Virus record (IMG/VR): IMGVR_UViG_3300038678_000209
Span: 1-53,649 of that record
Origin: a virus
Taxonomy: Duplodnaviria; Caudoviricetes
DNA: 53,649 nt
Strand: one strand, 5' to 3'
A model generated the notes under the pieces. That model was not told the DNA's origin and did not search any database. It was given only the letters and a program-made list of their open reading frames with translations. The position numbers and the translations under genes were made by a program. Of the stretch, positions 1-9,831 are shown one piece after another (positions within the stretch are counted from its first letter, which is position 1; every line of letters starts with the position of its first letter).

Positions 1-127
1 TCCCGCCCGATAGCCGACGTGCGCAGGTTCCCACGACCTTTTCTCACCGCCAGTGGCTCGATGTTGCGGTAACGCATGAATCAACCGGTCCCCACCAATG
101 GCCGCTGTTATGGCAGTATCGGCCACA
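1..127. repeat. 127-bp exact terminal overlap (copy 1), marking a circular contig
   Basis: Bases 1-127 are identical to 53523-53649. 127 is a common assembler k-mer, and the 152-aa ORF start lies inside the overlap. Unit genome length is 53522 bp. Confidence 0.95.
82..102 (-). repeat. Dispersed 21-bp element GCCATTGGTGGGGACCGGTTG, copy 1 (also at 53604-53624 through the overlap)
   Basis: Plus strand CAACCGGTCCCCACCAATGGC, 21/21 match. Intergenic, between the stop at 108 and the ATG at 77 (=53599). Confidence 0.95.
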
Positions 128-3100
128 GGTCCGTATTGTCGTAGGTATCCACACCTGGTCCCTGTGTCCCGAATCGGTGAACTTTTTTGGCAAGCATCAT
201 TTTGAGCGCGCTCATTTTGCGCTGGAGTTGACGCTCGATTTCCGCACGCCGTTCGCTTTTGGCTTCGTTCGCGAGCACATCTAACGACGCGTAACAGGCG
301 ACTACGTGCTTGATGAGCCGCGAATACTGCGGCAGTACCTCGTATACCGTGGTGTCATCAGGGGCGGTGGTCCAATCGGGCCGCAGAGTCACCACCCGCG
401 TTGCGGTGTTGTACGCGGATGCGATGCGCTCTTGGCCGGCGCCTGTACCACTAAGCGTGCGGACCGTGTAGCCCGCGTAGGCGTGCGGGCGAATGTCGAG
501 TGTGCCGTCTGTTGGACTGGCCGGAAACGTAATCGAGTCGGCCGCTCCAGCAGCGGCAGTGGCGGTATGAATAGATACGTCACCTGCCGCGACATACAAC
601 ACCTCCAGTGTCTCAGCGGTGCGATTGAGGTGTTGAAACCGCAGTATGTTACCCTCGACCATAAATCCGTCGCCGCGAAATGTGTACGGGTTAGTGGGCC
701 AAACTTCGTGGGTTGGAATACCAGTATCCAAATCAATTTTTGCAATCCGCCAGATTTCAGCCATGTTGCATGGCAGCAAGTATTCTTGTGTGCCCTGTAC
801 AACTGGGACCTCGTACCGCACGAGGATTGGATGGTCCGTCTCGACGTTGATGGACGCGAGCACTTGATCGAACGCGCTGTGGATGTACTCGATCAAGTCG
901 GCGTCTGGGTACTTGGGTCCGGTGTCGGGTTCGTCAGTTGCCTTGCGGATGAGCGACACGCATTCGGACAAGAAGCCAACGCCGGATAGCGTACCGCTGG
1001 CAGAAACGACCAAGGGCGCGACCAAATCGGTGATTGCATCGCGGATAGCTTTAAGGGAATCGGTGCCGGTAGCGAACCCGGACCCCTGAATTGCTGTGGC
1101 TGCTTCGCCTAGAACCTCCAGCGAGTCAGTAGACGGCGTGTAAGTGCCAACGCCACTGGGAACCGTGGCTGCTTTGGACATCATGGCCCGAAGGTGACTA
1201 ATCAGGTTGTCGGGCGCAGAAGCTCCAAAGCCGGTAGACAACTTCAAAATCTCAACGAGGATAGCGGCACCCGGATCGGCCCAAACCTCAAACGTGTCTA
1301 CGCCTACTTCTGGGGTGAAGTCTAGAGCAGCATCCAAAGTGAAGGTGTTGGTGGACGCGGTGTAAACGCTTACGAGCCGGATATTAGGCTTGTTCCCAGA
1401 ATTCACGTCGCGGGCGAGGACCATCGCTCCGTTGTAGATGTCATCGGTGTCGTCTGCGCCCGCACCGGGAAGGTCGGCCGCCAACGCAATGAGTAGGCTG
1501 GCCGTTGAACCGGCTTGGATTGTAGTGTCGACAAGACGGGTAACCGGAACTGAATCGCTGCTCCATGCAGCGTCCCCACGATCCCGGATAGCTTCAAGGG
1601 AGTCAGTGGCAACCGCAAAGGTGCTGGTGTCGGAAGTCTTAGACATGATGTTGGAGAGTACTGTGCCATCGGCCACCTCAGGAGTCATATCGGGGTTGCT
1701 TGCGACCGGGGTCTTCATCAAGTGGTCAAGGTTGATGTCCAGCAGGGCCGTATCACATGCTGCATTGATCTGGTCTGGAGCAACCCGAGCAACCTCCGTA
1801 AGGGTAAGATTCGTAATCCCCGACGTTGAGATAATCCCTCGAATCGTCACCGTCCCACTGGTGCAGGTACCCTCGATGAGATTGGCCATTCCTTCGAAGT
1901 TCAGGGTATCGGTACCCGCATCCCCCATATTCTCAAGTTGGAGCCCACCGAAGTAATCGCGTACATGGACGTTTGAGCTGCCGAGGGCTCCCCCAAAGTC
2001 CAAAATCGGAGCCGTGGACCCAGTGACACCTGAGTGGCAAGAGTCCAACCAAATATCGCCTGCCTCAATGAGGGTCTGAGTTCCGGAAATCCGACAACTT
2101 TCCAGGTGGGTGTGGGCGATAAGGGAACAGGTCCCCATATCACAGTTTCGGAATGACTGGTTATCACCCGCGCCGGCCATCACTCCAGAAACATCGGCAC
2201 CCTCTACGTGGATACCAACCATTGTCTGACCCCCAAGGGCCAAGGTCCAGTTGTTACCAAAGAAAGAATAGGTAGATGCTGTAGCGGCAAGGGTAATGGA
2301 GGAACCGTTTATGACGTGGAAGTCCCGCATCCCCAAACTGGCTGCCAGAGTGAAGGCAGCCGTGATCGTGCTTACGGGATTGTCAGCGGTGCCGTCGACG
2401 AAGTCCTCCGTATTGGTATTGGACGCATTGGTATCTATGTAGATACGTCCATTTGAGTACCCGACTGAACGAGGCACAATAACGTAGTCGACTAGAATTT
2501 GATCGGTCTTGAGAGTAGTAGTGCCTACAAGGGCTACACTACCTGTCAGAAAGCGAATACGAACCAATCCCAGATTTGCCCCGGTCCCGGTATGAGCCGT
2601 TATTAGTTGATACTCAGCGTCCGCCAACGAAGTGTCGGAATCGAGGGTGCCAATTTGATCCCAGCCCGGAGTGCCCCAGTTGTATGCCCAAACCGTGAGG
2701 TTTTTTCCTGCCCCGGTCCCCTTGTCAAGTTGTATAGTGGCAGTAATCCCGCTGGCGAGTCCGTCCCCCCCGACAGAAAACTCGTAGTACACCTCAATCT
2801 TTTCGGTCCCATCCGTAACGGCTTCAATGTCATGTGTAACGCCGTCTTTGGCGAAGGTGCTATCCTCAGTATTGACTTCGTTCTCACCAGACGTTATGGT
2901 AAACCCGTTGGGGGATGCCTTGGGTGGAGTACTAACGGCAGACGAAGCCGGTACGAAGGGGTCTCCCAGTGTAATCTCCTCCACGGCGGGATGAAATCCA
3001 GTTTGAGTAACAACCAAAGTTACACCGGTGGCCCCCAAAGCAAAAGCTGCATCCGGCCAATCAACTCGGTATAAGCCGGGAGAAGACGTAGAATCCAGCT

Positions 3101-3302
3101 CAATCATCTTGTTGTCAGCGTGGGCAGAGTTTGTTGCGCCTAAAGCAGTGGCATCCACTTTGGCAGCAGGAGCCTCGCCGGTTCGTGTATACTGGAGATC
3201 AAAATTCGTTATGGTTGCGCCCGTCTCCGGCGCCCCAGTGGCAGAGTCCCCGACCATGACGGACCGAGTAACATTAGTCGTACCTTTGACAATGTTTGCC
3301 AT
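108..3302 (-). CDS. Virion protein: long fibre/beta-rich N-terminal region fused to a C-terminal head-tail adaptor-like domain
   Basis: 1064 aa, rich in G/T/A/D. The C-terminal ~280 aa (LIRKATDEP...YPDADLIEYIHSA...QGTQEYLLP) resemble podovirus adaptor proteins. Located between capsid and nozzle genes. Confidence 0.6.
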   Translation of the reverse strand: MANIVKGTTNVTRSVMVGDSATGAPETGATITNFDLQYTRTGEAPAAKVDATALGATNSAHADNKMIELDSTSSPGLYRVDWPDAAFALGATGVTLVVTQTGFHPAVEEITLGDPFVPASSAVSTPPKASPNGFTITSGENEVNTEDSTFAKDGVTHDIEAVTDGTEKIEVYYEFSVGGDGLASGITATIQLDKGTGAGKNLTVWAYNWGTPGWDQIGTLDSDTSLADAEYQLITAHTGTGANLGLVRIRFLTGSVALVGTTTLKTDQILVDYVIVPRSVGYSNGRIYIDTNASNTNTEDFVDGTADNPVSTITAAFTLAASLGMRDFHVINGSSITLAATASTYSFFGNNWTLALGGQTMVGIHVEGADVSGVMAGAGDNQSFRNCDMGTCSLIAHTHLESCRISGTQTLIEAGDIWLDSCHSGVTGSTAPILDFGGALGSSNVHVRDYFGGLQLENMGDAGTDTLNFEGMANLIEGTCTSGTVTIRGIISTSGITNLTLTEVARVAPDQINAACDTALLDINLDHLMKTPVASNPDMTPEVADGTVLSNIMSKTSDTSTFAVATDSLEAIRDRGDAAWSSDSVPVTRLVDTTIQAGSTASLLIALAADLPGAGADDTDDIYNGAMVLARDVNSGNKPNIRLVSVYTASTNTFTLDAALDFTPEVGVDTFEVWADPGAAILVEILKLSTGFGASAPDNLISHLRAMMSKAATVPSGVGTYTPSTDSLEVLGEAATAIQGSGFATGTDSLKAIRDAITDLVAPLVVSASGTLSGVGFLSECVSLIRKATDEPDTGPKYPDADLIEYIHSAFDQVLASINVETDHPILVRYEVPVVQGTQEYLLPCNMAEIWRIAKIDLDTGIPTHEVWPTNPYTFRGDGFMVEGNILRFQHLNRTAETLEVLYVAAGDVSIHTATAAAGAADSITFPASPTDGTLDIRPHAYAGYTVRTLSGTGAGQERIASAYNTATRVVTLRPDWTTAPDDTTVYEVLPQYSRLIKHVVACYASLDVLANEAKSERRAEIERQLQRKMSALKMMLAKKVHRFGTQGPGVDTYDNTDLWPILP

Positions 3303-4363
3303 TACTGCTTTCCCGCTCGCTTATTCGGCATGAGGAGCCCCCCGCCGCCTCCGGCAACCGTACTTTCGATCGCGCCGATGTCAGCGCGCTGCGTGCTGCC
3401 GTTTTGTAGGTACCCATCAAATCCAGCGTTCTTCGCAGGGGACGCACTGCCAAGTGAATAGTCGCCTCCGGCTTCGTCTTCAAACTGCGGTGTCGAGACA
3501 ACTTCCCCCTCGAACGTTTGGAACCTGGAACCAGGGTAGGCTGTAGTGTTGTTATTCAAGAGGTTGTTTCGAGAAACGAAAAAGGTGCCCTGGCTCGCGC
3601 AATCAACTCCCTCGACACAATCATAGACAATGTTGTTGATTACCATTGTCCGTTTCCAGAAAGAACTCCCGAGATCGATGCCTGTGTTGGTGGTCTTACC
3701 GTCTCCGTCGATGGTGCATCTTAAAACAAACACAAACGTTCCGTTCCCACCCAAACACTCTATGGCATCGGCACCGTTCCCAAAGAATGTGCAATCAAAT
3801 ATAAACGCACCAGCACTTATTTCGGCTCCCTCACCCGTATTGTTGTCGAATCTGCATCCGATAACGAACGTTTGCCCGCTCCCATCTATTCCGGCACCGC
3901 CGTTCGAGCCGAATAAGCAGTTTTCAAAAAACGTGCGGTCACCACCAGCGTATCCATCCCCAGTTGAGTTAAGAAACGCACAGTTCTTAAAAATCAAATC
4001 GGAGCCGTCCATATTGGCATTGTTAACAGTCGCCCTTTTGAAGATGAAATTCTTGAATACGTAGTGTAGCGAACCAGTAATGGTATCGGCAATGCAAAGA
4101 GTGCGCGTGCTTTCTCCGTCTACGGTGGCTTGACCACCGTCTCCTGGTGTGCTTGTGTACCCCTCAAATGTGATGGTCGCGGATGAAGAACCGGCTGTGT
4201 CTATGAAAGCTGACTCGGTGTAATCGCCATCGGCTTTGACGTAAACTATATCGCCGGCTGCGACAGTATTCATGGCCTTATCTACGGTGGCCCATGCATT
4301 ACCTTCGCTCAGGCCGTCATCAACATCGTTGCCTGTCGCGTCCGAGACGTAGTAAGTTGCCAT
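3302..4363 (-). CDS. Right-handed parallel beta-helix (pectate-lyase-like) protein, putative tailspike/adhesin
   Basis: N-terminal YYVSDATGNDVDDGLSEGNAWATVDKA, repeated NCxFxxNxGxG units, C-terminal DYSLGSASPAKNAG...DIGA. Confidence 0.75.
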   Translation of the reverse strand: MATYYVSDATGNDVDDGLSEGNAWATVDKAMNTVAAGDIVYVKADGDYTESAFIDTAGSSSATITFEGYTSTPGDGGQATVDGESTRTLCIADTITGSLHYVFKNFIFKRATVNNANMDGSDLIFKNCAFLNSTGDGYAGGDRTFFENCLFGSNGGAGIDGSGQTFVIGCRFDNNTGEGAEISAGAFIFDCTFFGNGADAIECLGGNGTFVFVLRCTIDGDGKTTNTGIDLGSSFWKRTMVINNIVYDCVEGVDCASQGTFFVSRNNLLNNNTTAYPGSRFQTFEGEVVSTPQFEDEAGGDYSLGSASPAKNAGFDGYLQNGSTQRADIGAIESTVAGGGGGLLMPNKRAGKQ

Positions 4364-4378
4364 TGCGTGTGCTTTCGG

Positions 4379-4747
4379 TTACGGGCGCTGTTCAGGTCGG
4401 ATGAGGTTGCCGTCTTCGTCGTAGTGACCATGCATAGTATTGCCTTCCTTAGTGGGCCGGGTCACTGTACGACCATCCACCACAATATCTTCGGTCTCGG
4501 TCGGCTGATTTCGTGATACAACCGCTGTATTGGACCCTCCGACAGTGCTGCCGGGGGGCACTTCACAGTTGGTCAAATTGCACTCAAGAAACGACCGCGG
4601 CGTGTCGTCTCCTGGAAACAGCCGAACCCCATGCGCGCTGCTATCCTGATGAAACACGGGTTGCGGCTGCAAAAAGTTACAGCGGTAGTACGTGTCGTCC
4701 ACAACAGACGGCGTACTCTGCCCGGAAAAGTTCTTGCCACTTGTCAT
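4379..4747 (-). CDS. Hypothetical virion-associated protein
   Basis: The ATG at 4747 overlaps the upstream TGA. 122 aa, sited between the two beta-helix genes. Confidence 0.6.
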   Translation of the reverse strand: MTSGKNFSGQSTPSVVDDTYYRCNFLQPQPVFHQDSSAHGVRLFPGDDTPRSFLECNLTNCEVPPGSTVGGSNTAVVSRNQPTETEDIVVDGRTVTRPTKEGNTMHGHYDEDGNLIRPEQRP

Positions 4748-6066
4748 CACGCACCTCCTACATGCCAAGGATACAGAGGTGGAGTCTCGCCGGCCTCTGC
4801 AAGTTGCTGTTCAAGAGTTTGCTGTCGGGCTCCGATATCCATTCCTAAGTCGGTTCCCTCCAAAGTGCTCTCGTCGAACCCGGCGTTCCTCGCGGGCGAC
4901 ACAATGTTGAGTCGGTAGTCTTGGCTCGCCTCGTCTACAAAACCCGGAACGTCTAAAACTTCTCCCGCATACGTCGCGGCTCCACCAGCGTAGTTGTCCG
5001 TGTTGGCATTCAGAAGATTGTTTCGAGAGATAAGCAGCTCTCCTTGCCCTGACGGACTCTCGATTCCCGTTACGCAGTCGTGAACGATGTTGTTGACAAG
5101 GACATCCAAACTGTCGACTATCGGCTCCACATAGATGCCAAGGTTGCTGTCCTTTGAGTCCCCGTCAATCGTATTGTTTATCGCAATGCGAAATCCCAAA
5201 TTGAGCCCAGTAAAGGTGATTCCAGCACCACCGTTGCTGTAACACACGCACCCAAAAACCAACCCCGATTTGATCTTGATCCCGTCTCCCGCGTTACGGT
5301 ACGACCTGCATCCGATAACGACGGCAGACGAGTCGACGTGACACCCGTTATCGATGTTGTCCGAAAACTCGCACTCCTCAAACCGCCACCAGTCGTCTAT
5401 CTGTACCCCTGAACCCCCGTTGTTGTCAAACTTGCAGTTTTTGCATACGCCGTTGTCCAGACTACCAGAAATGCCGGCGCCGGTGTGGTTCGTACTCCGC
5501 ATGTTCTTGAAAACATGGTACACACCACTGGTTATAATGGTAGAAACCCCGCTACCTCTGGTTCCGCCCCCATTAATCGTGAACCTACCATCGTCACCCG
5601 GTGTAGTGGTGTACCCTTCAATGACGCATGGATCATCGATGGCAGCGACAACGTCGATGGTTATGGTCTCGGTGTAATCAGTGCCCCCCTTAACCCAACA
5701 CTTGTCCCCGGCGCCGTCAAGCGTCGTGTCCATGAACCGATTGATGGTGACAAACGCGCCTCCAATTGCCCACGTCAGCCCCGAAGCGGTCCCTGGAGTG
5801 GGCGTCACGGTTACCGTATCAAGGCCATCATCGACAGCAGTGATTTCAAAAAGGTCGGTACTGCGCCGACCGTTGATTTCACTATTGATGCGGATGCAAT
5901 CTCCCACCACCACAGCGGACAAGTCAGGAGTGTCGCTAGAAAGATCGACTGTGGTAGTTCCGTTCGTAGCCCCCGCGGTCCCGCTGACCTTGGCAGAACC
6001 GGCAGAGGTGCCCCCGTTGTTGTCAGAGCCCGCCACGTTGTCGACGTAGAAATCGTTGGCTGCCAC
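4747..6066 (-). CDS. Right-handed parallel beta-helix protein, paralogue of 3302-4363
   Basis: FYVDNVAGSDNNGG start. Shares EGYTxTPGDxG, TIDGDxK, SRNNLLN and SPAxNAGFD..DIGA with the neighbouring paralogue. Confidence 0.75.
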   Translation of the reverse strand: MAANDFYVDNVAGSDNNGGTSAGSAKVSGTAGATNGTTTVDLSSDTPDLSAVVVGDCIRINSEINGRRSTDLFEITAVDDGLDTVTVTPTPGTASGLTWAIGGAFVTINRFMDTTLDGAGDKCWVKGGTDYTETITIDVVAAIDDPCVIEGYTTTPGDDGRFTINGGGTRGSGVSTIITSGVYHVFKNMRSTNHTGAGISGSLDNGVCKNCKFDNNGGSGVQIDDWWRFEECEFSDNIDNGCHVDSSAVVIGCRSYRNAGDGIKIKSGLVFGCVCYSNGGAGITFTGLNLGFRIAINNTIDGDSKDSNLGIYVEPIVDSLDVLVNNIVHDCVTGIESPSGQGELLISRNNLLNANTDNYAGGAATYAGEVLDVPGFVDEASQDYRLNIVSPARNAGFDESTLEGTDLGMDIGARQQTLEQQLAEAGETPPLYPWHVGGA

Positions 6067-6076
6067 GTGTCACCCC

Positions 6077-6406
6077 CTACGCGTTGCTACCGAAAAACCA
6101 CCCAACCACCTTCGCGCCAGCGTATACCCCTGTCACGAAGTACAAGCTCACCGTCTGTACATTCACGATGCCCAGCGAAGACAACTCAACGGCCTGGCCT
6201 GCTACCAGCTTCACGAGGAAATCTGTCGCACTGGCGTCGGCTGCGTTTACCTTCACAAACAGGTCATCGGTCGCGTCGCAGTTCGTCACGTACACAGGCC
6301 GCGCTGGGCTGGCAAAGGTCCGCACCTCTGTAACTGACCCAGGTGTTCCCGCTGTGGTGATAGCCGCTGCAATCGGCGCGCCCGTTCGGTTTGCATTCGC
6401 ACTCAT
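6077..6406 (-). CDS. Small beta-rich structural protein
   Basis: 109 aa, GGGGA RBS, within the virion module. Confidence 0.55.
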   Translation of the reverse strand: MSANANRTGAPIAAAITTAGTPGSVTEVRTFASPARPVYVTNCDATDDLFVKVNAADASATDFLVKLVAGQAVELSSLGIVNVQTVSLYFVTGVYAGAKVVGWFFGSNA

Positions 6407-6484
6407 GTCAATTCCCCAAAAACACGGCCCGGTGATACCACACCAGGCCAGCGTATTAGTCCTAAAAATTTGGTCCTCTAGCCA

Positions 6485-6874
6485 TCATGTCAAGATGGGA
6501 ATCGGGCTACCAGACTTCTTCTGCACCCAATCCTGTACTTCGTGGCGCTCTTTCGCCTCTTCCGTCTCGACTTCCCACCCGCTCCGCACGGCATTTTCAA
6601 ACCTCTTCTTGATGTCACTTGCCGTCACACCATCACGGGACCTTTCAAGCTGCTTGACCAGCCGCCCGGTTGCAAACTCCATGTTTGGTCCGAGGTCGTC
6701 CACATCGTTTGCCAGCCCCCGATCCTTATTGATCCAATAGGCCAAAAACCACTGCTGTGTCTCTGTGTTGTACGCGGTAAACAACGAATCATCGCGAAGC
6801 CGCCGGCGTAGATGGCGCACAAAATCCGTTTCGATGATTTGATGTTCCCTGCGATCTATCGTAAACGGACCCAT
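6485..6874 (-). CDS. Hypothetical protein downstream of the capsid gene
   Basis: Likely start is the ATG at 6874 (MGPFTIDRR), preceded by GGAG. Confidence 0.6.
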   Translation of the reverse strand: MGPFTIDRREHQIIETDFVRHLRRRLRDDSLFTAYNTETQQWFLAYWINKDRGLANDVDDLGPNMEFATGRLVKQLERSRDGVTASDIKKRFENAVRSGWEVETEEAKERHEVQDWVQKKSGSPIPILT

Positions 6875-6900
6875 CCCGCAATTCTCCAAACCACCCGACT

Positions 6901-6939
6901 GGCGAGCCGAGCCGCTTACAAGGCTGCACTCGGCCCGCC
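6901..6939 (-). terminator. GC-rich hairpin after the major capsid gene (stability element or weak terminator)
   Basis: Minus strand GGCGGGCCGAG...CTCGGCTCGCC forms an 11-bp stem with one G-U pair. No U-tract follows. Confidence 0.4.
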
Positions 6940-6960
6940 GACGCGGGAGGAACCTCAATT

Positions 6961-8499
6961 CTACGTTCCGTCAAAACCTGTGATTTCTGCGATATTGTGC
7001 AGAAGCAGGAAGTTCGGAGTCCGTGGCATCATCACACTCTTGCGCTCGGCCGGAGCCTGGAGCAAGTTGCTGAACTTACCGTTGTGGTCATAACGCGTGA
7101 AGATGCTATCAAACGCGCTCGCCCCACTGGACGCAAGGAACTGCATTTCATCACCAACCCGCTGGTCCATCCTTGTACCTGGAATCGGAGGCGGAACAAA
7201 CCGGTCGATGTCAAATACTCCGGCCTGGAATCGCCCCTTCTCCATGTACGTGCTGGTATGAATGTCCATCTTCCGGCCACCATACCGGTAGTTGAACACA
7301 TCCCAACCGGCCTCAACCTCGACTGCGCGCCCGTTCCGCTCGTACCGGAACCGACCTGGGTAGGTTCCCTTATTGTCGGTTGGGCCTTCAGTTCCACCCC
7401 GAACGAGGCTGTCGATGTTGTCGATAAACCCAAGCAGCACACCGTTCGTCGTGACGGCCTTCGGCAGATCGCTGTCGCGAAAGCTCTCTTTGAAGTACCC
7501 GACGTACCGGTTCAAGAGGCTCTCCGTGAGCGGAGCCGCCGATATGTCGCGCTTCATCGACTTGTACTCACCGTGGTCTCCAACGGTAATGCCGAAGAAG
7601 TCCGTAATGTCCGTTCCGTCGGCTACCCACGCCGCCATCGTGCCGGGCGTAAACCCGACGCTGTCCTTAAGCACGATGATGTCAAGGTCGCCGCCAGCAC
7701 CAGCATACGTGATCCCACCACCAAGCACAGTCGTAGTCTGCAACTCACCGCCGTCAATTCGCCGCAGCCGCACAACCTGCGCTTCGTAGTCAATGTTGTC
7801 CACATACACTAGGAAGTTGCTGTTGCGCTTCACGGTCCCAGCAGCGTTGAACAAATCAATCAGTTGACCCTTCTCCAGCCGGTGAATCCGACCAGTCGCA
7901 AGGGACGAACTCGCACCGGAAATGTCCACGTTGATCGCACCAGTGTCACCCGATACGTCCGTTACGGTCGCGCTCGTGTTTCCGATCGCGGCCAGCGCTA
8001 CAGTTGACGGCGCAGTCGAATAGAACGCACCAAGTTCTTGCTGCAACGTGAGCTTGGCCAGTCCCTTCACATAGAACGGCGTTACCGCCCCAATGCTGGA
8101 GTTCAGCCGATCAGTCTGGAGGATGTCACGTGGAATGAACAAGTTCAGCTTGTGCTTGACCAATTGTACCTGGGACGTGAGAAACGTCGGCGCACTTACC
8201 TCGTCGAAGCCCGGCCAAGTTTCTGGCGTACCAAACGCGGAAAAACTCCACGTCGGATCGTTGACCATATCGCTGCCCAGTGGGGACCCAAAACTTCCAC
8301 CGCCGGCCAGACCCAGACCCCAGACCTTCTTCACCTTGTAGTCGCGCCCAATGCCTTCATTGCGCACGACGTTTGACCACGTGCGCCGCGCCATAGCGTA
8401 CACCGGGTCCTTAATTACTCCTCTTTCGTAAATTGAAGGTAGAAGTTCCTCGCGAAGGGTCTGACTCAAAGTCGACTCGAGAATCGTGGTAGTAGCCAC
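6961..8499 (-). CDS. Major capsid protein (probable HK97 fold)
   Basis: 512 aa, positioned after portal and scaffold. N-terminal LSQTLREELLPSIYE resembles podovirus capsid proteins. Called mainly from synteny. Confidence 0.7.
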   Translation of the reverse strand: MATTTILESTLSQTLREELLPSIYERGVIKDPVYAMARRTWSNVVRNEGIGRDYKVKKVWGLGLAGGGSFGSPLGSDMVNDPTWSFSAFGTPETWPGFDEVSAPTFLTSQVQLVKHKLNLFIPRDILQTDRLNSSIGAVTPFYVKGLAKLTLQQELGAFYSTAPSTVALAAIGNTSATVTDVSGDTGAINVDISGASSSLATGRIHRLEKGQLIDLFNAAGTVKRNSNFLVYVDNIDYEAQVVRLRRIDGGELQTTTVLGGGITYAGAGGDLDIIVLKDSVGFTPGTMAAWVADGTDITDFFGITVGDHGEYKSMKRDISAAPLTESLLNRYVGYFKESFRDSDLPKAVTTNGVLLGFIDNIDSLVRGGTEGPTDNKGTYPGRFRYERNGRAVEVEAGWDVFNYRYGGRKMDIHTSTYMEKGRFQAGVFDIDRFVPPPIPGTRMDQRVGDEMQFLASSGASAFDSIFTRYDHNGKFSNLLQAPAERKSVMMPRTPNFLLLHNIAEITGFDGT

Positions 8500-8529
8500 T
8501 GTTTCATCCGACCACGGTTAGCCCGTGAG

Positions 8530-8919
8530 TCATTCACTTTCTGCACTAGTGTAGTGCAATGCTCTATGACAATTAGCGCACAACAAAGTGCACTTCTCAA
8601 TTTCTTCCAGCAACCGTTTCCGGTTTCGGCTCCATCCTTGGCCGACAGAAAAACTTTTTGTTTCTCTGTCCTTATGGTGAAAGTCTAGGCACACCGGGCG
8701 TGATTCTCCACACACGCTGCACCCCACAGAAGACTTCAACTCGTCGGCCCACTCCCGATATTCCTTGTAATACGCCTTCGCCCAAACAGCACGCGACTTG
8801 GCGTACTTCTTTCGCCGCGCGGCAAATTGCGTAACCGAACGGCGATAGTAGGCGCGTCGCTTGGCGCGCTTCTCCTCTGGCGTCAACTTTGTCCACTTGC
8901 TTCCATTCCGCTTCGCCAC
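8530..8919 (-). CDS. HNH endonuclease
   Basis: CSVCGE...LDFHH...EIEKCTLLCANCHR, with a basic N-terminus. Confidence 0.85.
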   Translation of the reverse strand: MAKRNGSKWTKLTPEEKRAKRRAYYRRSVTQFAARRKKYAKSRAVWAKAYYKEYREWADELKSSVGCSVCGESRPVCLDFHHKDRETKSFSVGQGWSRNRKRLLEEIEKCTLLCANCHRALHYTSAESE

Positions 8920-8922
8920 TGC

Positions 8923-9828
8923 TTATCCCCCCGGCAGTTGACTGCTCTCTCTTTCTATGAGCGCCTGATTGTACTTCATACGCTCCATCAAGTACTCATC
9001 GTGTGACTGCTCGTCCGCAAACGCAGGCACCCGCTCCGGCGCCTTCAACTCCTGATTCATTTGAAAGTCCGCCTGTGACCCCGGTCCCATTCCTGGTTGC
9101 GCGGGCCGCTCAAAAAACGGCGCTAGCCTCGCCTTCTCCGCGGCCACCGCTTGCTTAGCCGCTTGACCCCAGTTGTAGTCAAACCGATCACCGCGCTCGT
9201 CCACAAACCGTTGCAGCCGGTCCCGAATGATCGACTTCACCGAATCCTGCGCTTTCGGACTCGCCTGCTTCATATTATAGGACAACTCTTCGTCCAAGTC
9301 AAGCGCCTGCCCAATTGCCTGCTCAACCATGTGGCTATGGACAGCCCCAATCGCCTTTTGAGACCCCACATCCAACCGCGCGTACCCAATCGGCTCGTCA
9401 CCATCATCGGTACGCGCCCGCTTACCAGTCGACGTAGACGGCTCGTCAAGGTCCACGTCACCATCATCGTCGTCGTCTTTCAACTCCCCCTCAATTGCAG
9501 CGATAAGCGTGTCCAGCTCCCCCGCCGGCAAGTTCTTCACCTGCTCAAACAGCGCCGACGCGTCCACAGTAGCCTCCGCTGGTGCCGCCGCCACACTTGT
9601 CGATTGGACATTGGTGGGGACCGGTTGTGGCTCGCGATCCCCACCTGCAGCATCTGGCTGGGTGGACTTGTCGGGCGGTGCGGTGGCCTCCGTAGGAACG
9701 TCCACGTCAGCCGCGCGCCCAGTTGTCTGCGTGACCGCCGCGGGGGTCAAGTCGGGCGCGTTGCCCGGCGCTTGGTCCACGTTCGTGGTTCCGTCTGTTT
9801 GCGTTTGCGTATTGACTTCCGTGGGCAT
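8923..9828 (-). CDS. Putative scaffolding protein
   Basis: Acidic, low-complexity N-terminus and helical C-terminus, located between portal and capsid. Confidence 0.6.
   Translation of the reverse strand: MPTEVNTQTQTDGTTNVDQAPGNAPDLTPAAVTQTTGRAADVDVPTEATAPPDKSTQPDAAGGDREPQPVPTNVQSTSVAAAPAEATVDASALFEQVKNLPAGELDTLIAAIEGELKDDDDDGDVDLDEPSTSTGKRARTDDGDEPIGYARLDVGSQKAIGAVHSHMVEQAIGQALDLDEELSYNMKQASPKAQDSVKSIIRDRLQRFVDERGDRFDYNWGQAAKQAVAAEKARLAPFFERPAQPGMGPGSQADFQMNQELKAPERVPAFADEQSHDEYLMERMKYNQALIERESSQLPGG
9607..9627 (+). repeat. Dispersed 21-bp element, copy 2
   Basis: GACATTGGTGGGGACCGGTTG, 20/21. Inside the scaffold-like gene, encoding QPVPTN. Confidence 0.95.
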
Positions 9829-9831
9829 CTG

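Noticed and set aside
1-127. Biological direct terminal repeat
   Set aside because: The length equals a typical assembly k-mer and the repeat falls in the middle of the virion operon, so it is better explained as a circularisation overlap.
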